From Tubiluchus corallicola (taxonomy: Eukaryota; Animalia; Priapulida): a stretch of 64,000 nucleotides of DNA. The notes under the pieces were generated by a model, which was not told where the DNA came from, made no database searches, and was given only the letters and a program-made list of their open reading frames with translations. Location: positions 36,505 to 100,504 of the forward strand of contig JAQGDQ010000365.1 of NCBI GenBank assembly GCA_030141605.1, read 5' to 3'. Position numbers and translations under genes: made by a program. Positions 21,284-31,580 of this stretch are shown in pieces. Within the stretch, counting starts at the first letter, position 1; the number at the start of each line of letters is the position of its first letter.

Positions 21284-21667
21284 ATGATGAAAAAGTTACT
21301 TTTTATTTATGCGTTTGCATTATGCAGTGTTGCGGGATATGCTCAATATTCCGGCCCAGCGGCTAATTTGGACAGGATGACTGTAGAGCAGGTAAAAAGA
21401 AGTGCTGCTTCGCTTGACAGAAAAGATGCAATAGTTAAGTTAACCGGACACATTACATCTCAAATCACAGATGAAGAGTATTGGTTTGAAGATGCTACAG
21501 GAAAGGTTGTTGTTGAAATAGACAGAGAGGTATGGGCTCTTGTCGGAGCAATTGACAACTCAACCAGGGTAGCTATTATTGGTGATGTTGATTATGAGGT
21601 CTTTGCAACTACAACTACCAGGGTTAAGGTAGATGTTAAGAAGATTCTTCCTGTCGTAGAAGAGTAG
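21284..21667 (+). CDS. YgiW/YdeI (bacterial OB-fold) periplasmic stress protein
   Basis: Signal peptide, QYSGP, VKLTGHI, EEYWFEDATGKVVVEID. Confidence 0.85.
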   Translation: MMKKLLFIYAFALCSVAGYAQYSGPAANLDRMTVEQVKRSAASLDRKDAIVKLTGHITSQITDEEYWFEDATGKVVVEIDREVWALVGAIDNSTRVAIIGDVDYEVFATTTTRVKVDVKKILPVVEE

Positions 21668-21810
21668 CGCAGGTAGCCAGTGGGCTTGCTATTGCAGGTA
21701 GTAAGTCTAACACGAAGTTTTGTGTGCGCTACATGGATAGTGCTGTTGAGTTTTTGATTAATAGCGTACACGTACATTTTTAAATATAAGGGGTGTCTAC
21801 TTTTCAAAGA

Positions 21811-22530
21811 TTAAGCTTGGCGGAGACACTCTTTATATTTAATAATTGTTGACTCCAATCCCATGTATATTGAATCTGCAATAAGTGCGTGCCCTATTGA
21901 CACCTCTTTTAAGTAGGGAATATTTTTTATAAAGAAAGCCAGATTCTCCAGATTCAGGTCATGTCCGGCATTCAGACCTAGGTCATTTTTTGTCGCTATC
22001 TTGGCTGCCTCTATATATGGCAGAACAGCCTTTTTAGAGTCGGAATGGAACATTGATGCGTAAGGCTCGGTGTATAGTTCTACACGATCAGAGCCTACTA
22101 TGGCTGCTCCTTCTATGAATGGAGCTTCAGTATCTACAAAGATGGATGTTCTGATATCTGCACGTCTGAATTCGCTTACAACTTCCTTAAGTGCTCCTCT
22201 GTGCTTTATTGTGTCCCACCCTGAATTGGATGTTATGGCATTGTGAGCATCAGGGACAAGTGTTACCTGGTGTGGAGTTACACTTAGCACCATGTCTATG
22301 AATTTTTTTGACGGATACCCCTCAATGTTGAATTCTGTTGTTACAACCGGCCTTATTTCATATACATCAGAGTACCTGATATGTCTTTCGTCCGGGCGCG
22401 GATGTACAGTAATGCCTTCAGCCCCAAATTTTTCACAGTTTACTGCAGCATCAAGCACATTTGGAATATTTCCCCCTCTTGAATTTCGTAGTGTTGCTAT
22501 TTTATTTATATTTACGCTTAAGCGAACCAT
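21811..22530 (-). CDS. pdxJ: Pyridoxine 5'-phosphate synthase
   Basis: LSVNINKIATLRNSR, TVHPRPDERHI, NAGHDL, EVSIGHAL. Confidence 0.95.
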   Translation of the reverse strand: MVRLSVNINKIATLRNSRGGNIPNVLDAAVNCEKFGAEGITVHPRPDERHIRYSDVYEIRPVVTTEFNIEGYPSKKFIDMVLSVTPHQVTLVPDAHNAITSNSGWDTIKHRGALKEVVSEFRRADIRTSIFVDTEAPFIEGAAIVGSDRVELYTEPYASMFHSDSKKAVLPYIEAAKIATKNDLGLNAGHDLNLENLAFFIKNIPYLKEVSIGHALIADSIYMGLESTIIKYKECLRQA

Positions 22531-22615
22531 TGTTTAGTTTTGCAAAGGATTTCAATGTGCAAGTTACAATTAAGATTTGAATCGGAGGTTAAGCATTATT
22601 TAATTTAATTAATTT

Positions 22616-23287
22616 GTGGAAGCAGGAAGTTTAATATCAGATAATACTATTCCGTCAGTAAGCCTTAATGATACGGGCTTAAAGGCTATGAGCCTTATGG
22701 ACGTGTTTAAAACCTTTCATTTGCCTGTTGTTAGTGATGAGAAGTATTGGGGCATAATATCTGATACGGACATTTACGATGCGGGCAATCTTGATGATAA
22801 AATAGGCGAGTATGTTATAAAACTTCCTCGCCCTTACGTGCATAAGAACCAGCATTTGTATGAGATACTTCTTGTTGCAAAAAGATATGGAATCAGTGTT
22901 GTACCTATACTTGATCTTGAGTATTCCTACATTGGTACAGTAAGGCGGTCTGACGTTGCCTTAAAGTTGGCAGATATAGCAGCTATTGGTGAGCCGGGAG
23001 GCATTATTGTACTTGACATGTGTGAGGCAGATATATCCTTATCGCAGGTAGCGCAGATTATTGAGAGCAATGATGCTAAGGTTTTAAGCCTTTTTTTGTC
23101 GCATCCCTCGAGGTCTTCAAAAAAAGTTGATGTTACAATAAAGGTTAATAAGGTTGATGTTTCCAGCATAATTCAGACATTTGAGCGATTCGATTATTTG
23201 ATAAAAGCGAGTTTCATGGACGAATCGCAGATTGATGGTCTTTATGACGATCGTTACGATCAGTTTATGAGGTTTATTAATATCTGA
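22616..23287 (+). CDS. CBS domain protein (AcuB-like)
   Basis: CBS pair plus ACT-like C-terminus; usual position before NAD kinase. Confidence 0.85.
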   Translation: MEAGSLISDNTIPSVSLNDTGLKAMSLMDVFKTFHLPVVSDEKYWGIISDTDIYDAGNLDDKIGEYVIKLPRPYVHKNQHLYEILLVAKRYGISVVPILDLEYSYIGTVRRSDVALKLADIAAIGEPGGIIVLDMCEADISLSQVAQIIESNDAKVLSLFLSHPSRSSKKVDVTIKVNKVDVSSIIQTFERFDYLIKASFMDESQIDGLYDDRYDQFMRFINI

Positions 23288-23300
23288 CACCCATGAAAGC

Positions 23301-24182
23301 ATGAGAATTGCCGTATTTGGTAGAACGATAAGTCCTGTTTTTCACAAAAGTTTGAAGCGGCTATTTGATTTTTTGCATCATGAGGGGGCGGATGTGGTTA
23401 TTTATAAGCCGTTTGCAAAGTATCTGGATGGAGCAATAGGCTATAGTCCAAGACATTCTGGAGTTTTTGTATCTCATACGGAGTTGGTGGGGAAGGTCGA
23501 TTTTTTGTGTAGCATTGGTGGTGACGGGACATTTTTGGAGGCAGTAAGATTGGTTCGTGATTCGGGAATTCCAATTGCGGGCATTAATAGCGGAAGCCTT
23601 GGTTTTCTTGCTGATATAGCCAGAGAAGAGTTGGAGAGCGCTCTGAAGGATATGATTAATGGGAGGTATCGGCTGGAGTTGCGCTCTTTGATAAAGCTGG
23701 AAGGGGAGTCGGGATTGTTTGCTGATTTTCCTTATGCTCTTAATGAGTTTACCGTTCATAAGCAGGATACCTCGCAGATGATAACAGTGTGTACCAAGGT
23801 GGGAGGTGAGTTTCTTAATTCGTATCGGTCGGATGGGTTAATTGTGGCAACTCCAACTGGCTCTACTGCGTACTCATTGAGTGTAGGAGGCCCGATAATA
23901 CCCCCTGAGGCAGCAAATTTTATTATTTGCCCCATTGCTCCGCACAATCTTACGATAAGGCCTGTTGTAGTTCCTGATAGACAAGAGGTTTTGTTAAGAG
24001 TTGAGGGGCGTGGAGACAGGTTTATGGCTTCATTGGACTCCTGTTCTGTTGTTATGAGAACCGGTTCGACAATAAGGCTGGTGAAGGCAGGTTTTAAGAT
24101 ATGTGTATTGAAATTGGAAAGTCATAGTTTTTACAGCACGCTGAGGAGTAAACTAATGTGGGGTGTAGATTGCAGGAACTGA
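23301..24182 (+). CDS. nadK: NAD kinase
   Basis: GGDGTFL, LNE, DGLIVATPTGSTAYSLS. Confidence 0.95.
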   Translation: MRIAVFGRTISPVFHKSLKRLFDFLHHEGADVVIYKPFAKYLDGAIGYSPRHSGVFVSHTELVGKVDFLCSIGGDGTFLEAVRLVRDSGIPIAGINSGSLGFLADIAREELESALKDMINGRYRLELRSLIKLEGESGLFADFPYALNEFTVHKQDTSQMITVCTKVGGEFLNSYRSDGLIVATPTGSTAYSLSVGGPIIPPEAANFIICPIAPHNLTIRPVVVPDRQEVLLRVEGRGDRFMASLDSCSVVMRTGSTIRLVKAGFKICVLKLESHSFYSTLRSKLMWGVDCRN

Positions 24183-24212
24183 TTTTTCTCATTTGTATAA
24201 TTTTAGGTAATT

Positions 24213-24238
24213 TCCCCCAAGAGAGTGGGGGTTTTTTA
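24213..24238 (+). terminator. Putative intrinsic terminator after nadK
   Basis: CCCCCA/TGGGGG stem followed by T-run. Confidence 0.5.
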
Positions 24239-24346
24239 TTATCCGAACTAAGAGTAACCCAGGTGCGCTTGTATGCTGAGCTGCTCTTGTTCACTTTTAA
24301 TTTTATGGTCGTTGTGATAAAGGGGTCTTTATTGTATATTTTTGCA

Positions 24347-25234
24347 ATGTTTAGGAAAAATTTACGGATTAATATAAGGCTTGCTTTAGTTATTATATTA
24401 CTTTTTTGTGTTTTTATTGCCAGGTCTCAAAAGTCTAATATTGAGGGTGGTGTGCAATTTGGAGTAGGGTTCTATTTTGGTGATGTGGAGGATATGGATG
24501 TACTGAAATCGGCTTCATTTGTAACGGGAGCCGTTTTTAAATGGAACATTGATAAAAGAGTATCTGTTGGCACCCTTTTGTCTGTAGGGGATATAAAGGC
24601 AGAGGGCAAGTATGCAGGTGTATATTTAGGCCAGCCGAGTGATTATAGCGATGGCGGGACTTATGCGCGAGATATGACACAGGGTTATCGCTTTGATAAG
24701 TTTTTTCAAAGTGTTGAAGCCAAGGTTGAATATAATTTTACAGATTATGTGATAGGTAGCACAAAAGATGCTTTTACTACATTTTTATCTTTGGGTGTAG
24801 GGTTGTTTTATGCTCAGGCAAATGGACGGGGTACTATTATTTTGGATCCTACACCTGTAGGAGGCGGAGATTACTACTATCCATACATATCTGATTCGGG
24901 GAAGAGTTCTGTAGAGAGTGATGTTCTTACTCCAATTATTCCGGTTGGGATGGGTATAAAATGGAATTTTTTTGATAATTGGGTGTTAAATTTTGAAGTG
25001 TCGATCAAAAAGACATTTACAGACATTATTGATAATCTGGATGATCCAAAGAGGTTTAGGACATTTGATTTATCTGATACTGGAACAAAGGAGAGTGAGG
25101 CAATATATGAGGATAGTTTTGCAAACAGCCTCATTCATAATACTGATTGGCACTCTACCATCTCTTTTTCGCTAACTTACAAGTTTTGGCAAAAGAGAAA
25201 AAAGTGCATGTCCTTATCTCATGTAAAGTATTGA
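24347..25234 (+). CDS. DUF6089-type outer-membrane beta-barrel protein (PorG-like)
   Basis: YFGDV, IPVGMGIKW, TFTDIIDNL, NTDW motifs; nadK-porG-uppS-bamA order; start uncertain. Confidence 0.7.
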   Translation: MFRKNLRINIRLALVIILLFCVFIARSQKSNIEGGVQFGVGFYFGDVEDMDVLKSASFVTGAVFKWNIDKRVSVGTLLSVGDIKAEGKYAGVYLGQPSDYSDGGTYARDMTQGYRFDKFFQSVEAKVEYNFTDYVIGSTKDAFTTFLSLGVGLFYAQANGRGTIILDPTPVGGGDYYYPYISDSGKSSVESDVLTPIIPVGMGIKWNFFDNWVLNFEVSIKKTFTDIIDNLDDPKRFRTFDLSDTGTKESEAIYEDSFANSLIHNTDWHSTISFSLTYKFWQKRKKCMSLSHVKY

Positions 25235-25237
25235 ATT

Positions 25238-25966
25238 ATGAGCGAAATTAATTTAGACAAAAACGGTGATATAAAGCATGTTGCTATAATAATGGACGGA
25301 AATGGCAGGTGGGCTTGTGAGCGCGGTGTAGAGAGATTTATAGGGCATAAGCATGGGGTGAAAGCAGTTCGATCAGTAGTGGAGGGGGCTATAGATATAG
25401 GGTTAGAGTACCTTACCCTTTATGTATTTTCTATTGAAAACTGGAGCAGGCCTAAAGAAGAGACAGATGCTCTGATGGCGCTATTTATTCGAGTAATGGT
25501 AGAAGAAATTAATAAGCTAAATAAGCAAAATGTCAAGGTTATAATGGTTGGTAGAGAGGACTTATTACCTGATGGTGTGTACGAGAAATTAAGAAAAGTT
25601 GTTGACAAAACTACAGGAAATACGGGATTAAATCTTATTTTAGCGCTCAGTTATTCTGGCCGTTGGGAAATTTTAGAGGCGGTGAAGAAGATGGTTCAGG
25701 ATTCAGAAGATAAATCTTTTGATATTCAGGACATTGACGAGCCGTTTTTTGAGCGCTACATGTCCACAGCAGGGGTTCCTGATCCGGAGTTATTGATAAG
25801 GACTAGTAGCGAATACAGGTTAAGCAATTTTCTTTTATGGCAGATAGCTTATACGGAGCTCTATTTTTCACCGAAACTTTGGCCAGATTTTCGTAAAGAA
25901 GATCTTTTTGAGGCTATTGAAGATTTTCGCTGCAGAGAACGGCGATTTGGAGGAATTGGTGGATAA
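25238..25966 (+). CDS. uppS: Undecaprenyl diphosphate synthase
   Basis: HVAIIMDGNGRWA, FSIENWSRP, PDPELLIRTS, RRFGG. Confidence 0.95.
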   Translation: MSEINLDKNGDIKHVAIIMDGNGRWACERGVERFIGHKHGVKAVRSVVEGAIDIGLEYLTLYVFSIENWSRPKEETDALMALFIRVMVEEINKLNKQNVKVIMVGREDLLPDGVYEKLRKVVDKTTGNTGLNLILALSYSGRWEILEAVKKMVQDSEDKSFDIQDIDEPFFERYMSTAGVPDPELLIRTSSEYRLSNFLLWQIAYTELYFSPKLWPDFRKEDLFEAIEDFRCRERRFGGIGG

Positions 25967-25981
25967 GTCAGTGAGCAGATT

Positions 25982-28531
25982 ATGAGTAGGAAATCGATAT
26001 TGTTGTGTTTTTGTATTTTTTATGGCGCTGCTGTTTGTGGGCAGGTTGTAGTAGATAGTACCAACTTTTCAATATACTATGATAGTCCACAGACGTATAC
26101 GATTGCGGGTATTGAGGTTAGTGGGATTCGGTTTCTTGATAAAACAGTCCTTAAGCAGCTATCAGGCCTTAATGAGGGGGATGAGATTACAGTTCCTGGG
26201 GATGAGATTACTGCAGCAATAAAAAAGTACTGGAGGCAGGAGTTATTTTCTGATGTAAAAATATCTGCGGTAAAAATTATTGGTGACAGTATATGGCTCG
26301 ATATTTTTTTACAGGAGCGTCCCCGGTTGGCTGATGTTCATTACCATGGAGTGTCTAAAGGGGAGCGGGGAGATATAGAGAAAAAGGTATTATTGTTGAA
26401 AGGGGGGCAGGTTACTGACAATTTGCTCAATACTGCTGAACGTCAAATACTGGGAATATTTCATGAAAAAGGTTTTTTGGAGACGAGCGTAAATGTAGTA
26501 CAGCGTGACGATACTGAGAAGGCCAACCACGTAGTTCTCGATATTTACGTGGACAAAAAGGAGAAGGTTAAGGTAAGTGAGGTTGAGTTTGTGGGCAACC
26601 AGGCATTGACCAACGCACAGTTGGAAAAGGCAATGAAAAAGACGAAAGCTAAAAAGCTGAAGCATTTCTTTCGTTCTAAGAAGTTTCTTAAAGACAAGTA
26701 TGAGGAGGATAAAAAGAACCTTATAAGCAAGTATAATGAAAGAGGTTATCGCGATGCTGTTATTCTTGCGGATTCGGTTTATAAGGATGAAAATAAGAGC
26801 AGCCACGTTAAGGTTGTATTGTGGGTGGAGGAGGGTGATAAGTACTACTTCCGGAATATAAAATGGGCAGGAAATACTATCTACTCATCGACTCAGCTAG
26901 ATCATTTTCTGGGTATAAAGGAGGGCGATATTTTTGATCAGAGATTATTGGACAAACGCCTGCATGAGGATGATGATGCGGTTAGCAACCTTTATCTTAA
27001 TAATGGTTATCTGTTTTTTAACCTGAACCCTGTTGAGGTGAATGTTGAAAATGATTCTATTGATTTTGAGATGCGAATAGTGGAGGGTACGCAAGCTACT
27101 ATTAACAATATAATTATATCAGGAAATACTAAAACTCACGAGCATGTTGCCAGGCGTGAGATTAGGACCAAGCCAGGGCAGTTGTTCAGTAGAGATGCGA
27201 TAATTCGTTCTATCAGGGAACTGGCACAGCTGGGGCACTTTAACCCTGAAACTATGCAGCCTGATATTCGTCCCCGTATAGAGGATGGGACTGTTGATAT
27301 CGAGTATAACCTGGAGGAGAGGGCAAACGATCAGATTGAGCTTTCTGGGGGATGGGGTGCGGGAATGTTTGTGGGAACAATTGGGTTGAAGTTCTCTAAT
27401 TTTTCTATCCGAAATATTCCAAATAAAAAAGCGTGGCGACCGCTTCCTACTGGGGATGGGCAGACATTGAGCTTAAGGGCACAGACAAATGGCTCATATT
27501 ATCAGTCGTATAATTTTACTTTTGTAGAGCCATGGCTAGGGGGCAAAAACAGAAATTCATTTACCTTTTCCACCTATTATTCGAAGCAGACCAGCGGAAG
27601 CAGCGATTATTATTATGGGGGGGGGGGATATGGGTATGATCCGTATGGCTCTGGAAGTTATGGTGGAACTTATTACGATTATGAAATAACGGAAAGAATG
27701 TCTGTATTTGGTGTTGCCACGGGGTTGGGCTACCGTGTTAACTGGCCGGATGATTTCTTCACATTATATCATGAGCTTGCTTATCAATTGTATAATCTTG
27801 ATAACTGGCAGTATTATCTTTTTAAGACCGGTGTGTCTCATAATTTCAGTTTGAAAACTGCTTTTGGGCGCAACTCTATAGATAATCCATTGTATTCACG
27901 AAGGGGCTCCAATATTTCATTAGCACTACAGTTAACTCCTCCATATTCATTATTTACAGATAAGGATTTTAGCGACCCTGAGATGCCTGATTCTGAAAGG
28001 TATAGAATGATAGAGTATCATAAGTGGACATTTAAAGGAGATGTTTATTCTCCTCTCTCCAAGAATGATAAACTGGTATTGCGAACCAGGTTTGAGGCAG
28101 GGTTTTTAGGATATTATGATAAAAACCGGCGCTCCCCGTTTGAGCAGTACCGTATTGGTGGAGATGGAATGTCGGGATATAGTATGTATGGTAGTGATGT
28201 TATCGGGCTAAGGGGGTATGAAAATAATTCACTTACACCATCTTTAGGTGGAAATATATATCAGAGGCTGACACTGGAAGTCAGATATCCTATTACGCTA
28301 GGTGATGCGGCAACTATTTACGGTTTGACATTTCTGGAGGCAGGAAACGGCTGGTACGATTTCTCTGATTACAATCCATTTGATATGAAGAGGTCTGCAG
28401 GACTGGGTGTAAGAATTTTTCTACCTATGTTTGGGTTGATGGGATTTGATTGGGGGTATGGTCTGGATGAGGGGTACAGAGCTAATTCAGGTGGAAGTAA
28501 CTTTCATTTTATTATTGGACAACAGTTTTAG
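25982..28531 (+). CDS. bamA: Outer membrane protein assembly factor BamA
   Basis: POTRA repeats, IGLRGYEN loop-6 motif, C-terminal FIIGQQF. Confidence 0.95.
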   Translation: MSRKSILLCFCIFYGAAVCGQVVVDSTNFSIYYDSPQTYTIAGIEVSGIRFLDKTVLKQLSGLNEGDEITVPGDEITAAIKKYWRQELFSDVKISAVKIIGDSIWLDIFLQERPRLADVHYHGVSKGERGDIEKKVLLLKGGQVTDNLLNTAERQILGIFHEKGFLETSVNVVQRDDTEKANHVVLDIYVDKKEKVKVSEVEFVGNQALTNAQLEKAMKKTKAKKLKHFFRSKKFLKDKYEEDKKNLISKYNERGYRDAVILADSVYKDENKSSHVKVVLWVEEGDKYYFRNIKWAGNTIYSSTQLDHFLGIKEGDIFDQRLLDKRLHEDDDAVSNLYLNNGYLFFNLNPVEVNVENDSIDFEMRIVEGTQATINNIIISGNTKTHEHVARREIRTKPGQLFSRDAIIRSIRELAQLGHFNPETMQPDIRPRIEDGTVDIEYNLEERANDQIELSGGWGAGMFVGTIGLKFSNFSIRNIPNKKAWRPLPTGDGQTLSLRAQTNGSYYQSYNFTFVEPWLGGKNRNSFTFSTYYSKQTSGSSDYYYGGGGYGYDPYGSGSYGGTYYDYEITERMSVFGVATGLGYRVNWPDDFFTLYHELAYQLYNLDNWQYYLFKTGVSHNFSLKTAFGRNSIDNPLYSRRGSNISLALQLTPPYSLFTDKDFSDPEMPDSERYRMIEYHKWTFKGDVYSPLSKNDKLVLRTRFEAGFLGYYDKNRRSPFEQYRIGGDGMSGYSMYGSDVIGLRGYENNSLTPSLGGNIYQRLTLEVRYPITLGDAATIYGLTFLEAGNGWYDFSDYNPFDMKRSAGLGVRIFLPMFGLMGFDWGYGLDEGYRANSGGSNFHFIIGQQF

Positions 28532-28585
28532 TGTGTGAACCGGGACTGATTTTATTTCTTTTAAAAATTAAAAATAAAAACAGAG

Positions 28586-29104
28586 ATGAAAAAGGTTATT
28601 TTTGTACTATTATTAGTACTTACTGGTGTTTTATCGCAGTTGAAAGCCCAGAAGTATGCGTATATTGATACGGATTATATTCTTAGCAATATTCCTGCTT
28701 TTCAGTCGGCACAGGAACAGTTGGAGCAGATATCTCAGCAGTATCAAAAAGAGCTTGAAATGATTCATACAGAGCTTGACCAGATGTTTAAGGATTTTCA
28801 GGCTGAGGCTGTTTTGCTATCCAATGAGATGAAGCAACGCAGGGAGGATGTTATTGTAAGCAAAGAGAGAGAGTACAAGAAATTACAACGGCAGTATTTT
28901 GCGCCGGAAGGTGATCTTTTTCAGAAGCGCCAAGCACTGATCAAACCAATACAGGATGACCTGTTTAATGCGGTTAAAGATATTGCAGAGCAGGGAGGTT
29001 ACGCTGTAATTTTTGATAAGGCTGGGAGTGTCTCAATGCTTTATACAAATCCGAGATATGATTTGAGTGATCAGGTTTTACGAAAGCTTGGATATAAGAA
29101 TTAA
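28586..29104 (+). CDS. skp: OmpH/Skp periplasmic chaperone
   Basis: AQKYAYID, coiled coil, YDLSDQVL; follows bamA. Confidence 0.9.
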   Translation: MKKVIFVLLLVLTGVLSQLKAQKYAYIDTDYILSNIPAFQSAQEQLEQISQQYQKELEMIHTELDQMFKDFQAEAVLLSNEMKQRREDVIVSKEREYKKLQRQYFAPEGDLFQKRQALIKPIQDDLFNAVKDIAEQGGYAVIFDKAGSVSMLYTNPRYDLSDQVLRKLGYKN

Positions 29105-29173
29105 TATTACCACATTTGCGGTATAATGATATAAGTTTTGGGGCAGTTATAGATAAAACTAAATTTTATAAGT

Positions 29174-29692
29174 ATGAAAAATCTATTGAAGGGAGTCGGA
29201 GTCATAGCCATAGTGTCTATGTTTGTATTTTCGGGAGGTTTGTTTGCACAAGGATATAAGTTTGGGCATATTAATTTCCAACAGCTGATACAGGTTATGC
29301 CTGAAAGCACGGCAGCGCAGGAGTCTTTACAGAAACATGGCAGTGAGTTGGAGGATCAGTTAAGGATAATGCAACAGGAGCTGCAGAGCAAATCAAGGGA
29401 ATATATGGAGCAGCTTGATGCAATGACTAATGCTGTGAAAGCAGCGAAGGAGAGTGATTTGCAAGATCTTAATCAGCGCATACAGGATTTTCAGCAGATG
29501 GCACAGCAAGATTTGCAGAAAAAGGAGCAGGATGTTTTGCAGCCTATCCTAGAGAGAGCCCGTGAAGCTATTAGTGAGGTTGCAAAAGAGAATCAACTCC
29601 TATATGTGTTTGAGGTAAATAGCTTGTTGTATAATGGGAGTGAGTCTGTTGATCTATTGCCACTTGTAAAGACCAAGTTGGGTATCCAATAG
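29174..29692 (+). CDS. skp: OmpH/Skp periplasmic chaperone, second paralog
   Basis: KFGHIN, MPE, LQPI, DLLPLVKTKLG. Confidence 0.9.
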   Translation: MKNLLKGVGVIAIVSMFVFSGGLFAQGYKFGHINFQQLIQVMPESTAAQESLQKHGSELEDQLRIMQQELQSKSREYMEQLDAMTNAVKAAKESDLQDLNQRIQDFQQMAQQDLQKKEQDVLQPILERAREAISEVAKENQLLYVFEVNSLLYNGSESVDLLPLVKTKLGIQ

Positions 29693-30290
29693 TAAAGAGG
29701 TGCTATGTAAGAGATGGAACAGGTGGTGCTTTGCAGCATCTTTTGTTTTTCTCTGATGAAGTTCGTTCTTGTAGGTTTATCTTTGCAGTTATAAGTCTAG
29801 GTAGTAGATTGTAATGTTTTCTACTGTTGTAGTAGTTTTGCCTCTTTAAAAATTTATCAAGCTTCTTGAGAAAGCAGTGAAAGCACAAAGTCGTATGGGC
29901 TGCTGATTTTTTCGCAGTAAAGATTGCTTTAAGTGAGCATATAGAGTTTTCCCGTTTTTACAATAAGTGTAACATGCCTTCTGTATCGTGCTAAGTTGAT
30001 TTAGGGTTATTTGTCTGCTACGCAATGTTAGTATAGCTTGTTTCGACAATTTTTTTGACAGAGTAGTGTAATATGGCTTAGCGTGAGTTCCATTTTTTTG
30101 TTTTTTGGCTCTGACGCAGATGTGCAGAGTAGCATTTAGTAGTTTAAGTGACATAAACGCAGGCTGTTTGAGACTATGCTAATCTTCAGTCTGAGAAAGT
30201 GTAGTTGAAAAAGAGTAGCCCCATCACTGGCGAGAGGTTTGTTTTATTGGTTATGATGCTAAAGTAATAGTAACAGATAGTTATGAAGAT

Positions 30291-31571
30291 ATGAAGACAA
30301 AAGCAGTACGATTATATGGAGAGAGAGAACTTCGTATGGAAGAGTTTGATTTGCCGGTAATTAAAGATGATGAGGTGCTTGCAAAGGTGGTGTGCGATAG
30401 TATTTGTATGTCTTCTTATAAAGCAGCTAGCCAGGGCATAGCTCATAAGCGCATTCCTGATAATGTTGCAGAGAAGCCTGTTATTATAGGGCATGAGTTT
30501 GCAGGTGTGATAGTTGAGGTAGGTTCAAAATGGAGAGCCCGGTTTAAGAGTGGGAGTAAGTTTTCAATACAGCCGGCGTTGAATTATGAGAATGGGCCTA
30601 TAGGTATATTGAGTGCTCCTGGCTACTCATATCAGTTTATTGGAGGTAATGCTACTTATGTGGTTATTCCCAATGAGGTAATGGAGCTGGGGTGTTTGTT
30701 GACATATGAAGGTGAAGGCTTTTATCCCGCTTCTTTATCAGAGCCTCTTTCATGTGTTATTGGTGCGATGCATGCCAATTATCATGTCAGGCCGGGGTCA
30801 TATGTTCATAATATGGAGATTGTTGATGGGGGGAGGATGGCTATATTAGCCGGTGTTGGGCCAATGGGGTTGGCGGCAATTAGTTATGTTTTAAGAAGGG
30901 AAGATCGTAGGCCATCATTGCTTGTGGTAACTGATATTGATCAGGCGAGGCTAGATCGAGTAGCGGGTTTGTGTACCGTTGAGTTTGCAAAGTCACGAGG
31001 TATTGACTTGAAGTATGTCAATACCGGCAGTATGGATAATCCGGTTGAGGTTTTAAGAGAAATATCGGGTGGTGCAGGTTATAATGATGTGTTTGTGTTT
31101 GCGCCCGTTGCATCGGTAGTGGAGCAAGGCGATGCTATTCTGGCTTTTGACGGGTGTCTGAATTTTTTTGCTGGGCCATCGAACAGCGAGTTTAAAGCTT
31201 CGATGAATTTTTATAATGTGCATTATGCTTGTACTCATATAGTGGGTACAAGTGGAGGGAATACTGATGATATGAAAGAGGCTTTGGAGATAATGAGTAA
31301 GGGGCTGGATCCTGCGGGTTTGATTACGCATATTGGTGGCTTGAATGCAGTGGTTGATACTACTTTGAATCTCCCCAATATACCGGGGGGGAAAAAGCTT
31401 ATTTACAATCATGCTGATATGCCATTAACGGCAATTGCTGATTTTGAGGAGATAGGGCAACGTAATCCTGTGTATGCTCATTTAGCTGTGCTCTGTGATA
31501 AGTATAATGGGTTATGGAGTGTAGAGGCTGAAGAGTATCTCTTAGCTAGTTTGCACAAGTTAAGTTATTAG
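30291..31571 (+). CDS. L-sorbose 1-phosphate reductase-like zinc-binding dehydrogenase
   Basis: KAVRLYG, DSICMSSYKA, GHEFAG, EPLSC, GTSGG, THIGGL, PGGKKLIY as in the SorE family. Confidence 0.8.
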   Translation: MKTKAVRLYGERELRMEEFDLPVIKDDEVLAKVVCDSICMSSYKAASQGIAHKRIPDNVAEKPVIIGHEFAGVIVEVGSKWRARFKSGSKFSIQPALNYENGPIGILSAPGYSYQFIGGNATYVVIPNEVMELGCLLTYEGEGFYPASLSEPLSCVIGAMHANYHVRPGSYVHNMEIVDGGRMAILAGVGPMGLAAISYVLRREDRRPSLLVVTDIDQARLDRVAGLCTVEFAKSRGIDLKYVNTGSMDNPVEVLREISGGAGYNDVFVFAPVASVVEQGDAILAFDGCLNFFAGPSNSEFKASMNFYNVHYACTHIVGTSGGNTDDMKEALEIMSKGLDPAGLITHIGGLNAVVDTTLNLPNIPGGKKLIYNHADMPLTAIADFEEIGQRNPVYAHLAVLCDKYNGLWSVEAEEYLLASLHKLSY

Positions 31572-31580
31572 TTTTAAGTT

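Noticed and set aside
22538-22552. TTTTGCAAAGGAT upstream of pdxJ as a MITE end
   Set aside because: No internal MITE sequence adjoins it; TTTGCA is common near Bacteroidota promoters.
24158-24346. Long N-terminal extensions in the ORF track (PorG-like, hisS, ssb, ychF, acyltransferase)
   Set aside because: They run through terminators, promoter elements or MITE fragments; downstream ATGs match the family N-termini.
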